64,000 nt of DNA from assembly GCF_011386835.1 (NCBI RefSeq), contig NC_088810.1:2232001-2296000 (forward strand), written 5' to 3'. The stretch comes from Chrysemys picta bellii. Lineage: Eukaryota. The position numbers were made by a program, and so were the translations under genes. Within the stretch, counting starts at the first letter, position 1. Each line of letters begins with the position of its first letter. Below, in pieces: positions 62,701-64,000 of this stretch. Below the pieces are notes generated by a model. It searched no databases, was not told where the DNA came from, and saw nothing but the letters and a program-made list of their open reading frames with translations.

Positions 62701-64000
62701 TTGTTTCTCAGCGGGAGAGGGGAAGTGATTGTCAGGGCCCTGATATGTCCAGAAATGGGGGCACCTTTAGCTGTAGGTTGCTGCTGCTCAGGGCAGGTAG
62801 AAAACGATGGTCTGCAAAAGACAAAAAGAGGGATTGTTTACGTTCTGTGTGTCTGAATTTCATGACAGTTCGAGATTTTTACATACCACCCAGTCTCCAG
62901 TGCAATTGTTGAATCAAAGATTATTAACCAAAGATGAGTCCAGCACTAGGCAGAATACAGAACGCAGACATACCTCCGGAGCTGGGGAAGAAAAGGTAGC
63001 TCGGTCCCTTCCTCTGTACGTGGTGGAAAGCTGCCAGCGTTCATCCCCAAATGAACTTTCCAACTCTCTTTACTTTGCTAGGGTGTCACCCAAAGACACT
63101 CCTTTCTGGAAGGAAAAATCCTTTCCCATGAGTCATGGGAAATGTCGCCACATGTTCTGTGATGGGATGTCCTTTATGGTCCTCATTTTACCTGACGGGC
63201 CAATATGGAGGAATTGCTAACAGTTCTTAATGAATGAAATGGGTCTGTATTTGCAGAACCCACATGCAGTAACAAGCATCCCTTATCAATCACCCACCTT
63301 TGTGTAGAACATACTTCTGCAGACACTTTTCCTTAGGCCGAGGAGGTCTCTTCCCACGTAGTGAAGTCAGGGTAAAAAGCAGGATTAAAAGATCTCATAC
63401 CTATCTATTGAGTTCATTTTGCCTTCATCCATTAGAATCATTAGATTTGAAGCAAAGGGGAAGTGCATGGCTCGGGGGGGATTTTATACTGCCCCCCTCC
63501 CCTGGCCTATACCTACCTACCACACACACAAGGATGCGGGGCCTGCATCCAAGGAGTGGAAGTTGTCCCATGGGGGGGTAGAAATAGGTGATGGAGTCTG
63601 GTAGCATCTTTAAAGCAGGCCTTTTATTGACAAGGGACACACCAAGTCCCGCTTCTCTGAACACAGGAGCAAGCACAAACAAAAGGAAAGCATCTTTGCT
63701 CACGCTCTTTAGCCAGCCTCATACCCTTGCTATAGGCGTTTGAGGGACCACACCTGCAGGCAGGCTTCGCTGCGTTGCCTTCTGCGTAGCTCTGAGTGGT
63801 CTGCTTCCCCCAACTAAACCGCTTCCTCGGCAACGCTCAGCAAAAACCCTCCTCCAAAAACTCCAGGTTGGGTGCACAGCCCCGTTCCTCTTAGCCCAGA
63901 GTTTGTGAATCACGTGTCCTGACAGCTGAGTTAATCGAAAAGAGGCAGGGCTGCGGATGTAACGCCAACAGACTCCCCTCATCAGCGGGCAGGATCGAAC

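Overview
Vertebrate genomic DNA, very probably turtle: the CR1 carries the (ATTCTATG)-type tail and there is a tortoise-type tRNA/CR1 SINE. The window holds a tandem cluster of five paralogous Ly6/uPAR (LU, three-finger) genes of the phospholipase A2 inhibitor gamma / PINLYP-like type. Each has five coding exons joined by phase-1 introns and encodes a signal peptide, LU1 (10 Cys), LU2 (8 Cys) and a GPI-type hydrophobic tail. Genes 1 (2399-5991) and 2 (15714-18705) are on +. Genes 3 (22583-35489), 4 (39513-43098) and 5 (50018-54700) are on -, so genes 2 and 3 converge. Genes 1, 2, 4 and 5 have intact spliced ORFs; gene 3 has a 1-bp insertion at the start of exon 4. A conserved TATA plus non-coding first-exon module precedes genes 2-5 but is missing from the matching position upstream of gene 1. 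The rest is dense in transposable elements (CR1, RTE, L1-like, solo LTRs, hAT MITEs with 8-bp TSDs, SINEs, Penelope-like), and many were co-duplicated with the genes. The most unusual structures are a 7.8-kb hAT-bounded, possibly composite insertion with a perfect TSD in gene 3 intron 2, a 2-kb CpG-rich 30-bp minisatellite inside it, and a near-identical 470-bp displaced copy of gene 4 intron 2. Family assignments come from motif recognition only; no database searches were run.
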